DNA from: an uncultured Chloroflexia bacterium
GTDB lineage: Bacteria; Chloroflexota; Anaerolineae; CG2-30-64-16
Assembly: GCA_963810095.1 (NCBI GenBank)
Contig: CAWEMM010000009.1
Coordinates: 256,001 to 320,000, forward strand
Direction: 5' to 3'
DNA: 64,000 nt
Made by a program: the position numbers and the translations under genes
The notes under the pieces: generated by a model
Database searches by the model: none
What the model was told of the DNA's origin: nothing
Seen by the model: the letters and a program-made list of their open reading frames with translations, nothing else
In this document: positions 50,301 through 60,703 of the stretch, piece after piece
Numbering within the stretch: position 1 is the stretch's first letter
Layout: every line of letters begins with the position of its first letter

Positions 50301-52537
50301 TTACTTCGCCGGGCGGACTTCGACCTGCATGAAGCCATCCTGAGCGCTGTAGCTTACGATGCGGATCTGCGTGCCGGTGTTCGGGTGCTTGACGCTGCCC
50401 TGCGGGTTCGCCGCATCGCAGTACAAAGTGCGATCGTCAAAGACCGTGACCGCCTTCAGGCTCTGGAATTTGTGCTCGACGCCGCCGGAGTGCAGGGTGA
50501 GCGGATCGGTTGCCTCGAGGCCGAAGGTCGCGTCGTAGGACTGGATGCGGTTACGCAGAACTGAGTGCCGTCGGTCCGTGTCATCGGCCTTCGGGTGCGC
50601 GTCGATCGGCAGGACAGGCCTGCGCCCGGGATGCGTCTTGGTGTTGTTGTTGCGCTGTGACGTGTCCCAGTAGTTGATCGCCAGGCCGTCCTGGTACGGG
50701 AAGTGCTCGACCCGGTTGGACATGACCGGGCCGTCGTGAAGCCGAAGTTGTACGGGCCGATCTTCAGCGTCGCATCGTAGCCGCGGTACTGGCGGAATTC
50801 GGCGACGTAGTAGTTGTTGAAGAGCTTATTCTCGATGCCAGTGGTGACATGGAAGCCGGTGGTGGGCTTGAAGGTCCAGCCCGCATCGGTCTCCGCGCCG
50901 TCTGCCGCCCAGCCAGTGATGTTGATTTCATCGACCATGAAGCCGAAGCCGCCGGTGTTCGCCGTCGGTCTGGTAGCGGAAGCCGAGGAGTGACGTCTGC
51001 CCGGCATAGGCCGAAAGATCGGCCGTCAGGGCCACCCAGCCCTTTGACGAGCCGGTGATACCCGAAGCCGCGGTTCTGAGCCGTTCGGATTGGTGTCAGT
51101 CGAAAGATTGGTCTTGCCGCCGGTCCATGTCGTGCCGCCGTCAGTCGAGACGACGAGGTACGCATAGTCGTAGTCAAGCTCGATGTTGTAGCGAACCATC
51201 GCGGCGAGGTTGAGATGGCCGCGTCAGGGTGACCTTCTTGCTCATGCAGCGGTCGAAGTTATCACCGTCGCCGCTGTAGTAGTAGTTGGCGCCGGCGAAA
51301 GGCTTGCCGACCTCCGTCACAACAGTCTTCTTGGGCAGCACCACAATGACTGCCTGTGCCTGCCGGGTGTTGGTCATGGACGGGCCCAGCTTGAAGCGAG
51401 GAGGTCTTGCCGGCAGGCGCAACATCGTAGTTCAGCCAGCCGAGCTGCAACTTTTCCCACGCGCCCATGTGGTTGGGCTTCGAGCCGATGTCGTCCTTGC
51501 CTTCGTTGAGCCAGGAGCCGGACGACATCAGGGTCCAGAACGCGGTGCCATTGTCGCCGCCCGCGGTGTCGTACAGGTCGGGCAGGCCGAGGTCGTGGCC
51601 GAACTCGTGTGCGAACACGCCAACGCCGCCATTTTCCGGCTGAACCGTGTACTTGCCGACCCAGTAGTTGCTGTCGCCGATGCGGATGCCGCCGTACTTG
51701 TTGAAGTCGGGCCCGTCGACGGCCGATCAAGTCGTAGGGCACGTACCAGCTGTGGCTCCAGATCGTCCACGGCTCGGCGCCTGCTTCTTCGCCCTCACCC
51801 GCATGCACGGACTGGAACGTGTCGATGTAGCCGTCCGGCTCGTCGAAGTTGCCGTCCCATCTGTAGTCGTAGCTATCCCAGATGGTCGAACTTCTCGAGG
51901 TACGCGTCGATTTCGTCGGCCGACTTGCCGGCAGCAACCTGCCCGGCATACCAGCCGTCGACGCTATCGTGCAGGAAGTACCAGACGCATTGCTCTGTGG
52001 GGATTGTCGTCGTAGGTTGTACGACGCCATGTCGCCGGGCACTCGTCACCCAGTCGGTGACATCGCCGGTGGCGCCAAAGCGGCCCGAGGACTGCTCCAC
52101 GTAGAAATTGTACAGGGAGTTGGCACCCGGGCTTCTGGCTGTAGAACATATCGACGTAGTGCTGCCGGCTGAAGTCAGACACCCAGCAGGGTGCTGTTGT
52201 CGGCCTTGCGGTCGGGCTGCGGGATCTTGTTGTGCTTCAGATCGCTGAACTCGCCCAACACGGTCCAGATGGCGCGGGATTCGTCTTGTTCGAGCTGCAC
52301 GTATTGTCCCTTGGCGACCTCGTGGACCTTCCCGTTGGCCTTGCCGTTCAGCTTGGCCTGGAGCGCCTGGCCCTTCAGCTCAAGCTGGCGGTCGGTGAGC
52401 GGATCGGGCCGGTTATCGAGCTTCGGGGCCTGGGTGGGTTCGTCCGTGACGGGGCCGCTTGCGTGGATCGGCGCGACGAGCACGGAGAACAGGAGCAGGA
52501 CGGTGAGCACCGTCCAGAGACGCGTGGTGACCTTCAT
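50301..52537 (-). CDS. Immune inhibitor A (M6 family) secreted metalloprotease, many frameshifts
   Basis: Signal peptide; [27 protein letters not shown], zinc motif [39 protein letters not shown], spread over at least six ORF fragments. Confidence 0.82.
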
Positions 52538-52770
52538 CGGTCCTCCAGAAAGAAATGGGAGTCTGGATCAATATGCGCACGGAGCAGGCGTAGCGCCAAG
52601 CATGGGACTGCAAGGCCGCCGAAAGGCTTGGGAGAGATGCCCGGAGCAGCGGCCGGAAAATACGGCAGAAGCCCCTTGTTTATGTGCTGAGGCTATCTTA
52701 GATCGACATGCGATATTGATGAAAAGAGGGTACAACAGTACGCAAAATTACGCAAGTCGTGAAAATGGGG

Positions 52771-52841
52771 TGCCAGGGAGGACATAGACTTGTCGAGACC
52801 TCTCACAGGAAGTCCCTGAGCCCGCTATGTCCTCCCTGGCA
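52771..52841. repeat. 17-bp perfect inverted repeat downstream of ppk2
   Basis: TGCCAGGGAGGACATAG (52771-52787) / CTATGTCCTCCCTGGCA (52825-52841). Confidence 0.65.
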
Positions 52842-52876
52842 AGTGCGCTTGCTTCGCAAGCGGGGTGCTTCGTGTT

Positions 52877-53782
52877 CTACTTCTTGGGGTCGGGCGCCTT
52901 GTCCTCGTCCAGCAGCTTCTCGCGTGCGGTCAGCATGGCTTGCCGTGCCTTGTCGTCGACGACGGGGAACTTCGGGTCCATCTCGATCAGTTTCTGCCCG
53001 ATGATGCCTGCCACGGCCAGCCGGGTAAACCACTTCTTGTCAGCCGGGACGACGTGCCAGGGCGCGGATTTCGTGCTCGTGTTCTCGAACATGTCCTCGA
53101 ACGCCTGCATGTACTTGTCCCAGTAGGCGCGCTCGTCGATGTCGGCCGGGCTGAACTTCCAGTTCTTCTCGGGCCGGTCGATGCGCTCGAGCTGCCGCTG
53201 CTTCTGCTCCTCCTTGGACACGTTCAGGAAGATCTTGACGACTTCTGTGCCCTGCTGGGCCAGGTACTTCTCGAAGTTGTTGATGGCTTCGAAGCGTTGG
53301 CGCCACAGCCCGTCACCCACCGTGCCGGGGGGCAGGCGCTGGGGCACGAGGAACGACGGGTGCACGCGGACGACCAGGACTTCCTCATAGTATGAGCGGT
53401 TGAAGATGCCAATCCGACCGCGCTCGGGCAGGGCCCTCACCGCCCGCCACAGAAAGTCGTGATCGAGCTCCTCCGGCGAAGGGGCCTTGAAGCTGAAAAC
53501 CTGGCAGCCCGTCGGATTGACGCCCGTCATCACGTGCGCGATCGCGCTGTCTTTGCCCGCCGCATCGAGCGCCTGGATGATGACCAGCAGGGCGCGGCTG
53601 TTCTCCGCATATAGCTTCTCCTGGTAATCAGCCAGCACCTGGACGCCCTGCGCGAGCAATTCGTCCTCGTCTATGGATTTCTTCTCGTAACCCCCTGTCG
53701 AGCCGGGGTCGAAGTCTTTCGCCAGGTTGACCTTCTTGCCGGGCTCCACACGAAACTGCTTGACGAACTTCTCCAGATCCAT
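52877..53782 (-). CDS. ppk2: Polyphosphate kinase 2 family (class III-like)
   Basis: ALDAAGKDS, FKAPS, HDFLWR, FNRSYYEEVLVVRVH, KNWKFS, PWHVVPADKKW. Confidence 0.94.
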   Translation of the reverse strand: MDLEKFVKQFRVEPGKKVNLAKDFDPGSTGGYEKKSIDEDELLAQGVQVLADYQEKLYAENSRALLVIIQALDAAGKDSAIAHVMTGVNPTGCQVFSFKAPSPEELDHDFLWRAVRALPERGRIGIFNRSYYEEVLVVRVHPSFLVPQRLPPGTVGDGLWRQRFEAINNFEKYLAQQGTEVVKIFLNVSKEEQKQRQLERIDRPEKNWKFSPADIDERAYWDKYMQAFEDMFENTSTKSAPWHVVPADKKWFTRLAVAGIIGQKLIEMDPKFPVVDDKARQAMLTAREKLLDEDKAPDPKK

Positions 53783-54027
53783 GGCGGCCTCCTCGAGTGG
53801 ACGCAATCGCGAGCGAGTGCGAACGCCGTCGCGAGTTGCTACAGAGGGAGTATACCATGGCGCCGCGGTGCGGGGCAGCGGGGGCCGCTGCTGACGGAGA
53901 CGACGGCCGGCGTGGGCCACGCCGACCGTGCACGCGGCAGCGTCTGTGGCGGAACATGTGCGGGCGCGGGCCCGTTCTATTTCGCTGGTATGCGGTAACC
54001 CCGCGAATTCTACACGGAGGCAATGAC

Positions 54028-54573
54028 ATGGCCACGCAACGCAAGGGTACTTCGAACACAGCCGGCACGAAGGAAGCCTCGGGCCGGCGCTTCACGACGC
54101 GGCACGATCTCGAGGAAGAGGTGCGCGGGCAGATGATCGAGCTGTGCAACCGCCAGTTGGCCGATACGTTCGATCTGTACAGCCAGGACAAGCAGGCCCA
54201 CTGGAACGTGAAGGGCCGCGACTTCTTCCAGCTGCACGAGCTTTTCGACACGCTGGCCGAAGAGGTCCTGCCGTTCGTCGACATGATCGCCGAGCGCGTG
54301 ACGGCGTTGGGTGGGCAGGCGCTGGGCACGGCTCGCCTGGCTGCGCAAAGCTCGCGGCTGACCGATCTGCCATTGGACAACGTCGAGGGGATGGCCGTGG
54401 TGGAGGCGATGGCCGGCTGCTACGCCAACATCTGTGCGAGCACGCGCCAGGCCATCGAGGAAGCCGAGCAGGCGGGCGACACCGATACCTCGGACCTGTT
54501 CACCGAAATTTCACGGGAGCTGGACAAGCACCTGTATTTCCTGGAGTCGCACCTGCAGGGTGGGGAACGCTAG
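54028..54573 (+). CDS. dps: DNA protection during starvation protein (Dps)
   Basis: KQAHWNVKG, FFQLHELFD, DMIAER, DLFTEISRELDKHLYFLESH. Confidence 0.95.
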   Translation: MATQRKGTSNTAGTKEASGRRFTTRHDLEEEVRGQMIELCNRQLADTFDLYSQDKQAHWNVKGRDFFQLHELFDTLAEEVLPFVDMIAERVTALGGQALGTARLAAQSSRLTDLPLDNVEGMAVVEAMAGCYANICASTRQAIEEAEQAGDTDTSDLFTEISRELDKHLYFLESHLQGGER

Positions 54574-54613
54574 AGCGGGGGTTTCAGGTCGGGCCGGGAT
54601 GCCCTGGGCTCAC

Positions 54614-54646
54614 AGACCTTCGGGGTTTCCGAAACCCCGAAGGTCT
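54614..54646. repeat. Family D hairpin between convergent genes
   Basis: AGACCTTCGGGGTTTCCGAAACCCCGAAGGTCT (33 bp); related copy at 55701-55751. Confidence 0.75.
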
Positions 54647-54656
54647 CCGGCGCCCG

Positions 54657-55683
54657 TTACGTGCGATAGAGGGCCGGCCGGGGCAGTGCTGCCACAGTGA
54701 CCGGCTCTCCGGTCTGCAGCGACCTGACACACGCGTCGGTCACTACCAGCGTCATCAGGCCGTCCCAGGCACTCGCCCCGGGGAACACTGTTCCGGCCTG
54801 TACCGAGCGCACCCACTCGCGCAGCTCGCGCACGTACGCCTCCTGGAATCGCTCCAGCCAGTCGTGAGGTAAGGCCGTGCGAGCGGCCCTGTCCGTGCGG
54901 AGCAGCGCGCCGTCGGGCCGGTAAGAAGTCGCCACGCCGCGCTCTCCGACGACTTCGGCCGTTACTTCATACCCATATTCCGCGGCCGCATACACCTCGA
55001 CCGTCGCGAGGCAAGCACCGGTCAGACGCAGCTGAAGCAACAGCAGATCGGTCGTCTCCGCACTGAAGGTGCCGTGCGTCCGTACACCCGTGACATACAC
55101 CTGCTCGATTTCCTCGCCAAGCAGCCAGCGCGCCGCGTCGATGTCGTGCCCCGCCGAGTTCGTCAGGATGACTTCGCCCCGAGAGTCGTACGGGATGGCT
55201 GCGTTGCGGTGCGTGCCCTTGTAGAGGACGGGCCGGCCGAGCGTGCCCGCCGCGACGACCTCGCGCACGGCCACGTGATACGGGTCGAAGCGGCGCATGA
55301 GACCGACGGAGACGAGCCGGCGGCCCAGGCGCAGCTCCGCGCTCGACCACCCGCCGCGCACCTGCCGCGCTTGTCGCCAACGGCTTTTCACAGAGGACGG
55401 GTTTCCCCGCATGCAGGCATGCGAGGGCGAAGTCCAGGTGCGTCGCATCCGGGGACGCGACGATGACGGCGTCGATGCTGCTATCCGCGATCAGTTTGAA
55501 GGGGTCACTGAAGAGGACGGCCGGCGGGCAATCCTCGGCCACCCGCTCGGCCCGCCCCCGATCGAGATCGTAAACGCCGGCCAGCCGGGCCGCGGCCACC
55601 TGCTCGTGCAGGTTGCGGGCGTGGCGCCCGCCCATGCCCCCAGCACCGATAAGGCCAACTGAAAGAACATCTCGTGCGAGCAT
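54657..55683 (-). CDS. Gfo/Idh/MocA oxidoreductase (inositol dehydrogenase-like); frameshift ~55340
   Basis: IGAGGMG, ASPDATH, CEKPLA, MRRFDP, HDID, YGYEV. Confidence 0.88.
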
Positions 55684-55700
55684 ACGCACTCCGCGAAAGA

Positions 55701-55751
55701 AGACCTCCGAGGCTCGGGCCAGCGTTGCCGGCCTCAAAACCTCGGAGGTCT
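55701..55751. repeat. Family D inverted repeat
   Basis: AGACCTCCGAGG...CCTCGGAGGTCT with an internal hairpin. Confidence 0.68.
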
Positions 55752-55768
55752 CGTGGTTCTTGCTGCTA

Positions 55769-57686
55769 CTACTTGCTCGTGAACTGGGCGACGTTGTCCT
55801 TGGAGACGACTTCGACGCCGGTGTTGACGAACTTGTCGACGGCCTGCTTGCGGGCGACCTTAGCCGCGGTGAGGGTGCCGAGTTCGCCGATCTTGGTGGG
55901 GAACTGGGCGACCGAGCCGGCGAGGCCGGCGGCCTGGATCGAGGCCAGGGCGTCGGGGGTGGCGTCGAAGCCGACGATGACGAGGGTCTTGCCGGCGGCC
56001 TGGGCGGCGTTGAGCGCGCCGAGGGCCATCTCGTCGTTGGTGGCGAAGATGCCCTTGAGGTTGGGGTTGGCCGTCAGCAGGTTTTCGGCGACGGTCTGGC
56101 CCTTGGCGCGGTCCGAGTCGGCGGGCTGCACGGCGACGACCTTGAGGCCGGCCTTCTCCAGGGCGGTCTTGGCGCCGTTTTCGCGCAGGTTATGGACGGG
56201 GTCGCCGGCCGCGCCGCGGATGATCGCGACCTCGTCGCCGGCCTTGAGGTTCTTGGCGATGAACTCGCCGCCGAGCTGGCCGCCGAGCTGGTTGTCGGTG
56301 CCGACAAAGGCGGACTTGTTGGTGAAGTTAGCGATGTCGGTGTCGATCAGGACGACCGGGATGCCGGCGGCGACGGCCTTTTCGAGGGTCGGCTGGACCT
56401 GGTCGGCCTGCGAGGGTGCGACGGCGATGGCATCGACCTTCGAGGAGATGGCCGACTCGATGATGCGGATCTGGCCTTCGATGTCGGTCTCTTCGTTCGG
56501 GCCGAGGAAGGAGGCCTTGATCGTCGGGTCTGTCTTCATGGCCGCATCCACGCCCGCGCCTACGGTCTTCCAGTAGGTGCTGGTGACCGCCTTGACGATC
56601 ACGGCGATGTTCAGCGGCTTGTTCTCGCCGCCGGTGGCCGGAGCAGGCCCTGCGAAGTTGGCGACGTTGTCCTTGGAGACGACTTCGACGCCGGTGTTGA
56701 CGAACTTGTCGACGGCCTGCTTGCGGGCGACCTTAGCCGCGGTGAGGGTGCCGAGTTCGCCGATCTTGGTGGGGAACTGGGCGACCGAGCCGGCGAGGCC
56801 GGCGGCCTGGATCGAGGCCAGGGCGTCGGGGGTGGCGTCGAAGCCGACGATGACGAGGGTCTTGCCGGCGGCCTGGGCGGCGTTGAGCGCGCCGAGGGCC
56901 ATCTCGTCGTTGGTGGCGAAGATGCCCTTGAGGTTGGGGTTGGCCGTCAGCAGGTTTTCGGCGACGGTCTGGCCCTTGGCGCGGTCCGAGTCGGCGGGCT
57001 GCACGGCGACGACCTTGAGGCCGGCCTTCTCCAGGGCGGTCTTGGCGCCGTTTTCGCGCAGGTTATGGACGGGGTCGCCGGCTGCGCCGCGGATGATCGC
57101 GACCTCGTCGCCGGCCTTGAGGTTCTTGGCGATGAACTCGCCGCCGAGCTGGCCGCCGAGCTGGTTGTCGGTGCCGACAAAGGCGGACTTGTTGGTGAAG
57201 TTAGCGATGTCAGTGTCGATCAGGACGACCGGGATGCCGGCGGCGACGGCCTTTTCGAGGGTCGGCTGGACCTGGTCGGCCTGCGAGGGTGCGACGGCGA
57301 TGGCATCGACCTTCGAGGAGATGGCCGACTCGATGATGCGGATCTGGCCTTCGATGTCGGTCTCTTCGTTCGGGCCGAGGAAGGAGGCCTTGATCGTCGG
57401 GTCTGTCTTCATGGCCGCATCCACGCCCGCGCCTACGGTCTTCCAGTAGGTGCTGGTCACGGCCTTGACGATCACGGCGATGTTCAGCGGCTTGTTCTCG
57501 CCGCCGGTAGCTGCCGTCGGCTGTGCCGCGGCGACGTCGGTCGGGTTAGCGGTCGGCAGGACTTGCGGCGACTGCGTCGGGGCGGCCACGGGCGCAGCCG
57601 GGGTTGAGGGCACCGGCGCGCAGCCGGCCAAGAGCGATCAGCACGATCAGGCTCAAAGCGACAAGGATCTTGAACTTGGACGACAT
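55769..57686 (-). CDS. Sugar/inositol ABC substrate-binding lipoprotein with two identical RbsB-type domains; frameshift in signal peptide ~57635
   Basis: ATG 57686 after AGGAGGA; lipobox LAGC; P/T/A linker; GIPVVLID, GTDN, GIFATNDEMALGA and VGFDA each occur twice. Confidence 0.9.
55786..57508. repeat. 873-bp-period tandem duplication within the SBP gene
   Basis: Two copies of about 850 bp offset by 873 bp; the only differences found are synonymous. Confidence 0.93.
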
Positions 57687-57835
57687 ACTGTTCTCCTCCT
57701 GACAGGGTCTGGTAAGCTCGCAGTAACTCTGCTGTCGATAGAACGAATCCCGAAACTGTGTTGTCGTTTACCCCCTTTGTGGTTTGCCACACGTGCGCCT
57801 TGCGGCGCTACATTCTAGATGACGAACCAACGCGC

Positions 57836-58837
57836 CTAGCGGCGCGCTCGCTGGCGAAGTACGTCCACATAGACTGCGCCGATGATGACGAGGCCGATGG
57901 CGACGACTTGCCATTCGGTTGGTACTTTCAGCAGCACCAGGCCATTCCGCAGCACCGCGATTAACGCGACGCCGACGGCCGTGCCCCAAACGGTGCCCGA
58001 GCCGCCCGCGAAGCTGGCCCCGCCGATAATCACCGCTGCGATCGCGTCGAGCTCGTAGCCCGTTCCGGCCGTGGGATAGCCCGAGTTCGTGCGGCCCGCC
58101 AGTGTCAGCGCGGCCAACCCGGCCATGAACCCGCTGATGCTGTAGACGATCAGCAAGGTCCGGTCGACGTTGATCCCCGACAGCCGAGCTGCCGACTGGT
58201 TGCCGCCGACCGCGTAGATGTGCCGGCCCAGCGCAGTGTCGGAGAGCATGAGGTGAAAGACGATGTAGACCAGGATCACGGCGATGAACGCCACCGGAAC
58301 GACGCCCAGCGTCCCGGCTCCCAACGCCAGCACTTGGGGTGCGCCGGCCCGGTCGAAGCCCGAGATCGGCGCGGCGCCGGTGATGATGAGCGCCAAACCG
58401 CGCGCGACGTTCATCGTGCCCAACGTGGAAATGAACGGGTGCGGCAGGTGCAGCCGCGTCAGCAGCAGCCCGTTGATGACGCCGAAGCCAAGCCCGACCG
58501 CGAGGCTGGCGAGCACCGCGAGGAATGGGTTGACGTGCAGCTTGATGGCGAGCAGCGCGAGCACGCTCATCGACAGCGCCAGGATCGACCCGACCGAAAG
58601 GTCGATGCCGGCTGTGACGATGCACAGCAGCATGCCAACGGCGAGAAGTGCGTTCACCGTCGCCTGGCGCGCGATGTTAGCGATATTATCCGGGCTCAGG
58701 AACACGGGCGAGAGGATCGAAAGCACGATGACCAGGATCGCGAGGCCGAACAGCGCGCCAAACCTCGCCACGAACGCGCCCATCGTCATCCCGAACGTCC
58801 GGCCTTCCTTCTTGTCGGCGGCTGGCATGCTAGTCAT
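57836..58837 (-). CDS. Ribose/inositol-type ABC permease (RbsC-like)
   Basis: GIDLSVGS, PFISTLG, GRHIYAVGGN, YELDAIAAVIIGG. Confidence 0.94.
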   Translation of the reverse strand: MTSMPAADKKEGRTFGMTMGAFVARFGALFGLAILVIVLSILSPVFLSPDNIANIARQATVNALLAVGMLLCIVTAGIDLSVGSILALSMSVLALLAIKLHVNPFLAVLASLAVGLGFGVINGLLLTRLHLPHPFISTLGTMNVARGLALIITGAAPISGFDRAGAPQVLALGAGTLGVVPVAFIAVILVYIVFHLMLSDTALGRHIYAVGGNQSAARLSGINVDRTLLIVYSISGFMAGLAALTLAGRTNSGYPTAGTGYELDAIAAVIIGGASFAGGSGTVWGTAVGVALIAVLRNGLVLLKVPTEWQVVAIGLVIIGAVYVDVLRQRARR

Positions 58838-58842
58838 TCTTG

Positions 58843-60369
58843 CTATGCTCCCATCGCGGCGGCCAGGATCTTCTCTTCGGTCGCTTCTTCGCGGCTGAAC
58901 TCGGCGGCCAGGCGCCCTTCGTGCATGACGAGGATCCGGTCACTCATGCCCAGCAGTTCCGGCATCTCTGAGGAGACCATGATCACGGCCACGCCGCTTT
59001 GAACCAGGGTATTCATCAGGTTGTACACCTCGACCTTCGCGCCGACGTCAATGCCGCGGGTGGGTTCGTCGAAGATGAGGATCTTCGACCTGCTCGCCAG
59101 CCACTTGGCGAGCACCACTTTCTGTTGGTTTCCACCACTCAGGTACTGCACTTGCTGGTTCACGCTCGGGGTGGAGATGCGCAGTTTTTCCACAAACTCG
59201 CCGGCTTGCTTTCGCTCGTCTCCCCGGCGCAGAAACACCCTGCTCGTGAGCTTGTCCAGGCTTGCCATGCTCATGTTGTGCAGCACGGACAGCATGAGGA
59301 CAAGACCCTGCTGTTTGCGGTCCTCGGGCAGCAGCCCGACGCCGGCGCGGATCGCCTGCTGGGGCGAGCGCACGTCGATCTGCTTCCCAAAGATAAAGAC
59401 CTCGCCTGCGTCGATCGGGTCTGCGCCAAAGACGGCCCGCATGAGCTCGCTGCGGCCCGCTCCCACCAACCCCGCGATGCCCAGGATCTCGCCGGTGAAA
59501 GCATTGAAGGTGATGTCGTGCAACACACCGTCGCGCTTCAGACCCTCGACGCGCAGCGCCTCTTCTCCGCGCAGCGACTCCGCCTTCGGGTACTGCTGTT
59601 CGAGGTTGCGGCCCACCATCATGCGGATGATATCCTCTTTGGTCACAGCAGCCAGGTCGACCGTGTCGATGTACTCGCCGTCGCGCAGCACCGTTCCCCG
59701 ATCGCAAATCTCGAACACCTCTTCCAGGTGGTGGGAGATGAAGACGACGGAGACGCCGCGTGCCTTCAGCCGGCGGATGACGGTGAACAACTGGTTGATC
59801 TCGGTGTCGGTGAGCGCGCTGGTCGGTTCGTCCATGATGAGGAGCTTGGCGTCGAGCGAGAGGGCCTTGGCGATCTCGACCATCTGCTGCTGGGCCACGC
59901 CGAGACCCGCAACCGGGCGCCTGGGGTCGAGCGGCAGATGCACTTCGTCGAGGAGTTCTCTCGTCCGGCGACCCATCTCCTTCCAGTCGATCAGCTGGAG
60001 CGGCCGGTTGCGGTAGGGTTCGCGGCTGATCCAGACGTTCTCGGCAATGCTCAGCTGGGGAACGAGGTTGAACTCCTGGTAAATGATCCCGATGCCGAGT
60101 TTTTGGGCCTCGCGGGGGTTTGGGATCGTGATGGGATGGCCTTCCCAAAGGATTTCGCCGGCATCGCGGCTGTAGGCGCCCGAGAGGATTTTCATGAGCG
60201 TCGACTTGCCCGCGCCGTTCTCGCCCAAGAGCGCGTGGACTTCGCCTCTGCGGATTTCCATGCGCACGTTGTGCAACGCCCGCACGCCGGGGAAGCTCTT
60301 TGAGATGCCTTCGAGCCTGAGCAGGACGTCAACGCCGTCCGGCGCACCAGAATGTGTTGCCTCGGCCAC
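58843..60369 (-). CDS. Sugar ABC ATP-binding protein (RbsA-like)
   Basis: GENGAGKST, MDEPT, LSGGNQQKV, DEPTRGIDVGAK. Confidence 0.95.
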   Translation of the reverse strand: MAEATHSGAPDGVDVLLRLEGISKSFPGVRALHNVRMEIRRGEVHALLGENGAGKSTLMKILSGAYSRDAGEILWEGHPITIPNPREAQKLGIGIIYQEFNLVPQLSIAENVWISREPYRNRPLQLIDWKEMGRRTRELLDEVHLPLDPRRPVAGLGVAQQQMVEIAKALSLDAKLLIMDEPTSALTDTEINQLFTVIRRLKARGVSVVFISHHLEEVFEICDRGTVLRDGEYIDTVDLAAVTKEDIIRMMVGRNLEQQYPKAESLRGEEALRVEGLKRDGVLHDITFNAFTGEILGIAGLVGAGRSELMRAVFGADPIDAGEVFIFGKQIDVRSPQQAIRAGVGLLPEDRKQQGLVLMLSVLHNMSMASLDKLTSRVFLRRGDERKQAGEFVEKLRISTPSVNQQVQYLSGGNQQKVVLAKWLASRSKILIFDEPTRGIDVGAKVEVYNLMNTLVQSGVAVIMVSSEMPELLGMSDRILVMHEGRLAAEFSREEATEEKILAAAMGA

Positions 60370-60408
60370 GTGCAGATTCCCGTCCTCTCGACGATCCCAC
60401 GCGAGCTA

Positions 60409-60657
60409 GAATAGACACTCATTTCGCGCGGCTGGACAACAAGGGATGAAATGGGACACTGATACGATGGACTGGTATCTATCTGAGAATGAGCTGGGGC
60501 CGGTCTCCGACCGTGCCCCGTCTGGGCCTGGGCGCCAGCAAAACTGGCGTACGAAACCGGCCAGAGCATTTTCAGATAGATTCCAAGACCGATCTACCCT
60601 GTGCTCCGTCGACAGATCAAGTGAACCAGTTGCATTAGTTCAATCAGTGTCCCATTT
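60409..60657. mobile_element. MITE-like family B element (209-bp core, perfect 15-bp terminal inverted repeats) with shared upstream extension
   Basis: AAATGGGACACTGAT (60449-60463) / ATCAGTGTCCCATTT (60643-60657); no transposase; no target-site duplication recognised. Confidence 0.6.
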
Positions 60658-60703
60658 TGATCTGCGGCATCTGCGTCCTGTTACCATGCCGTCTGCCACA
60701 GTC

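Noticed and set aside
55613-57607. Long antisense or alternate-frame ORFs (e.g. 55613-57607 +, 22277-23791 +, 37957-39657 +, 5127-6671 +, 12884-14713 -)
   Set aside because: These are shadow ORFs typical of high-GC DNA, overlapping well-supported genes with no family motifs. The part of 12884-14713 that holds the true MttB #2 N-terminus is the exception.
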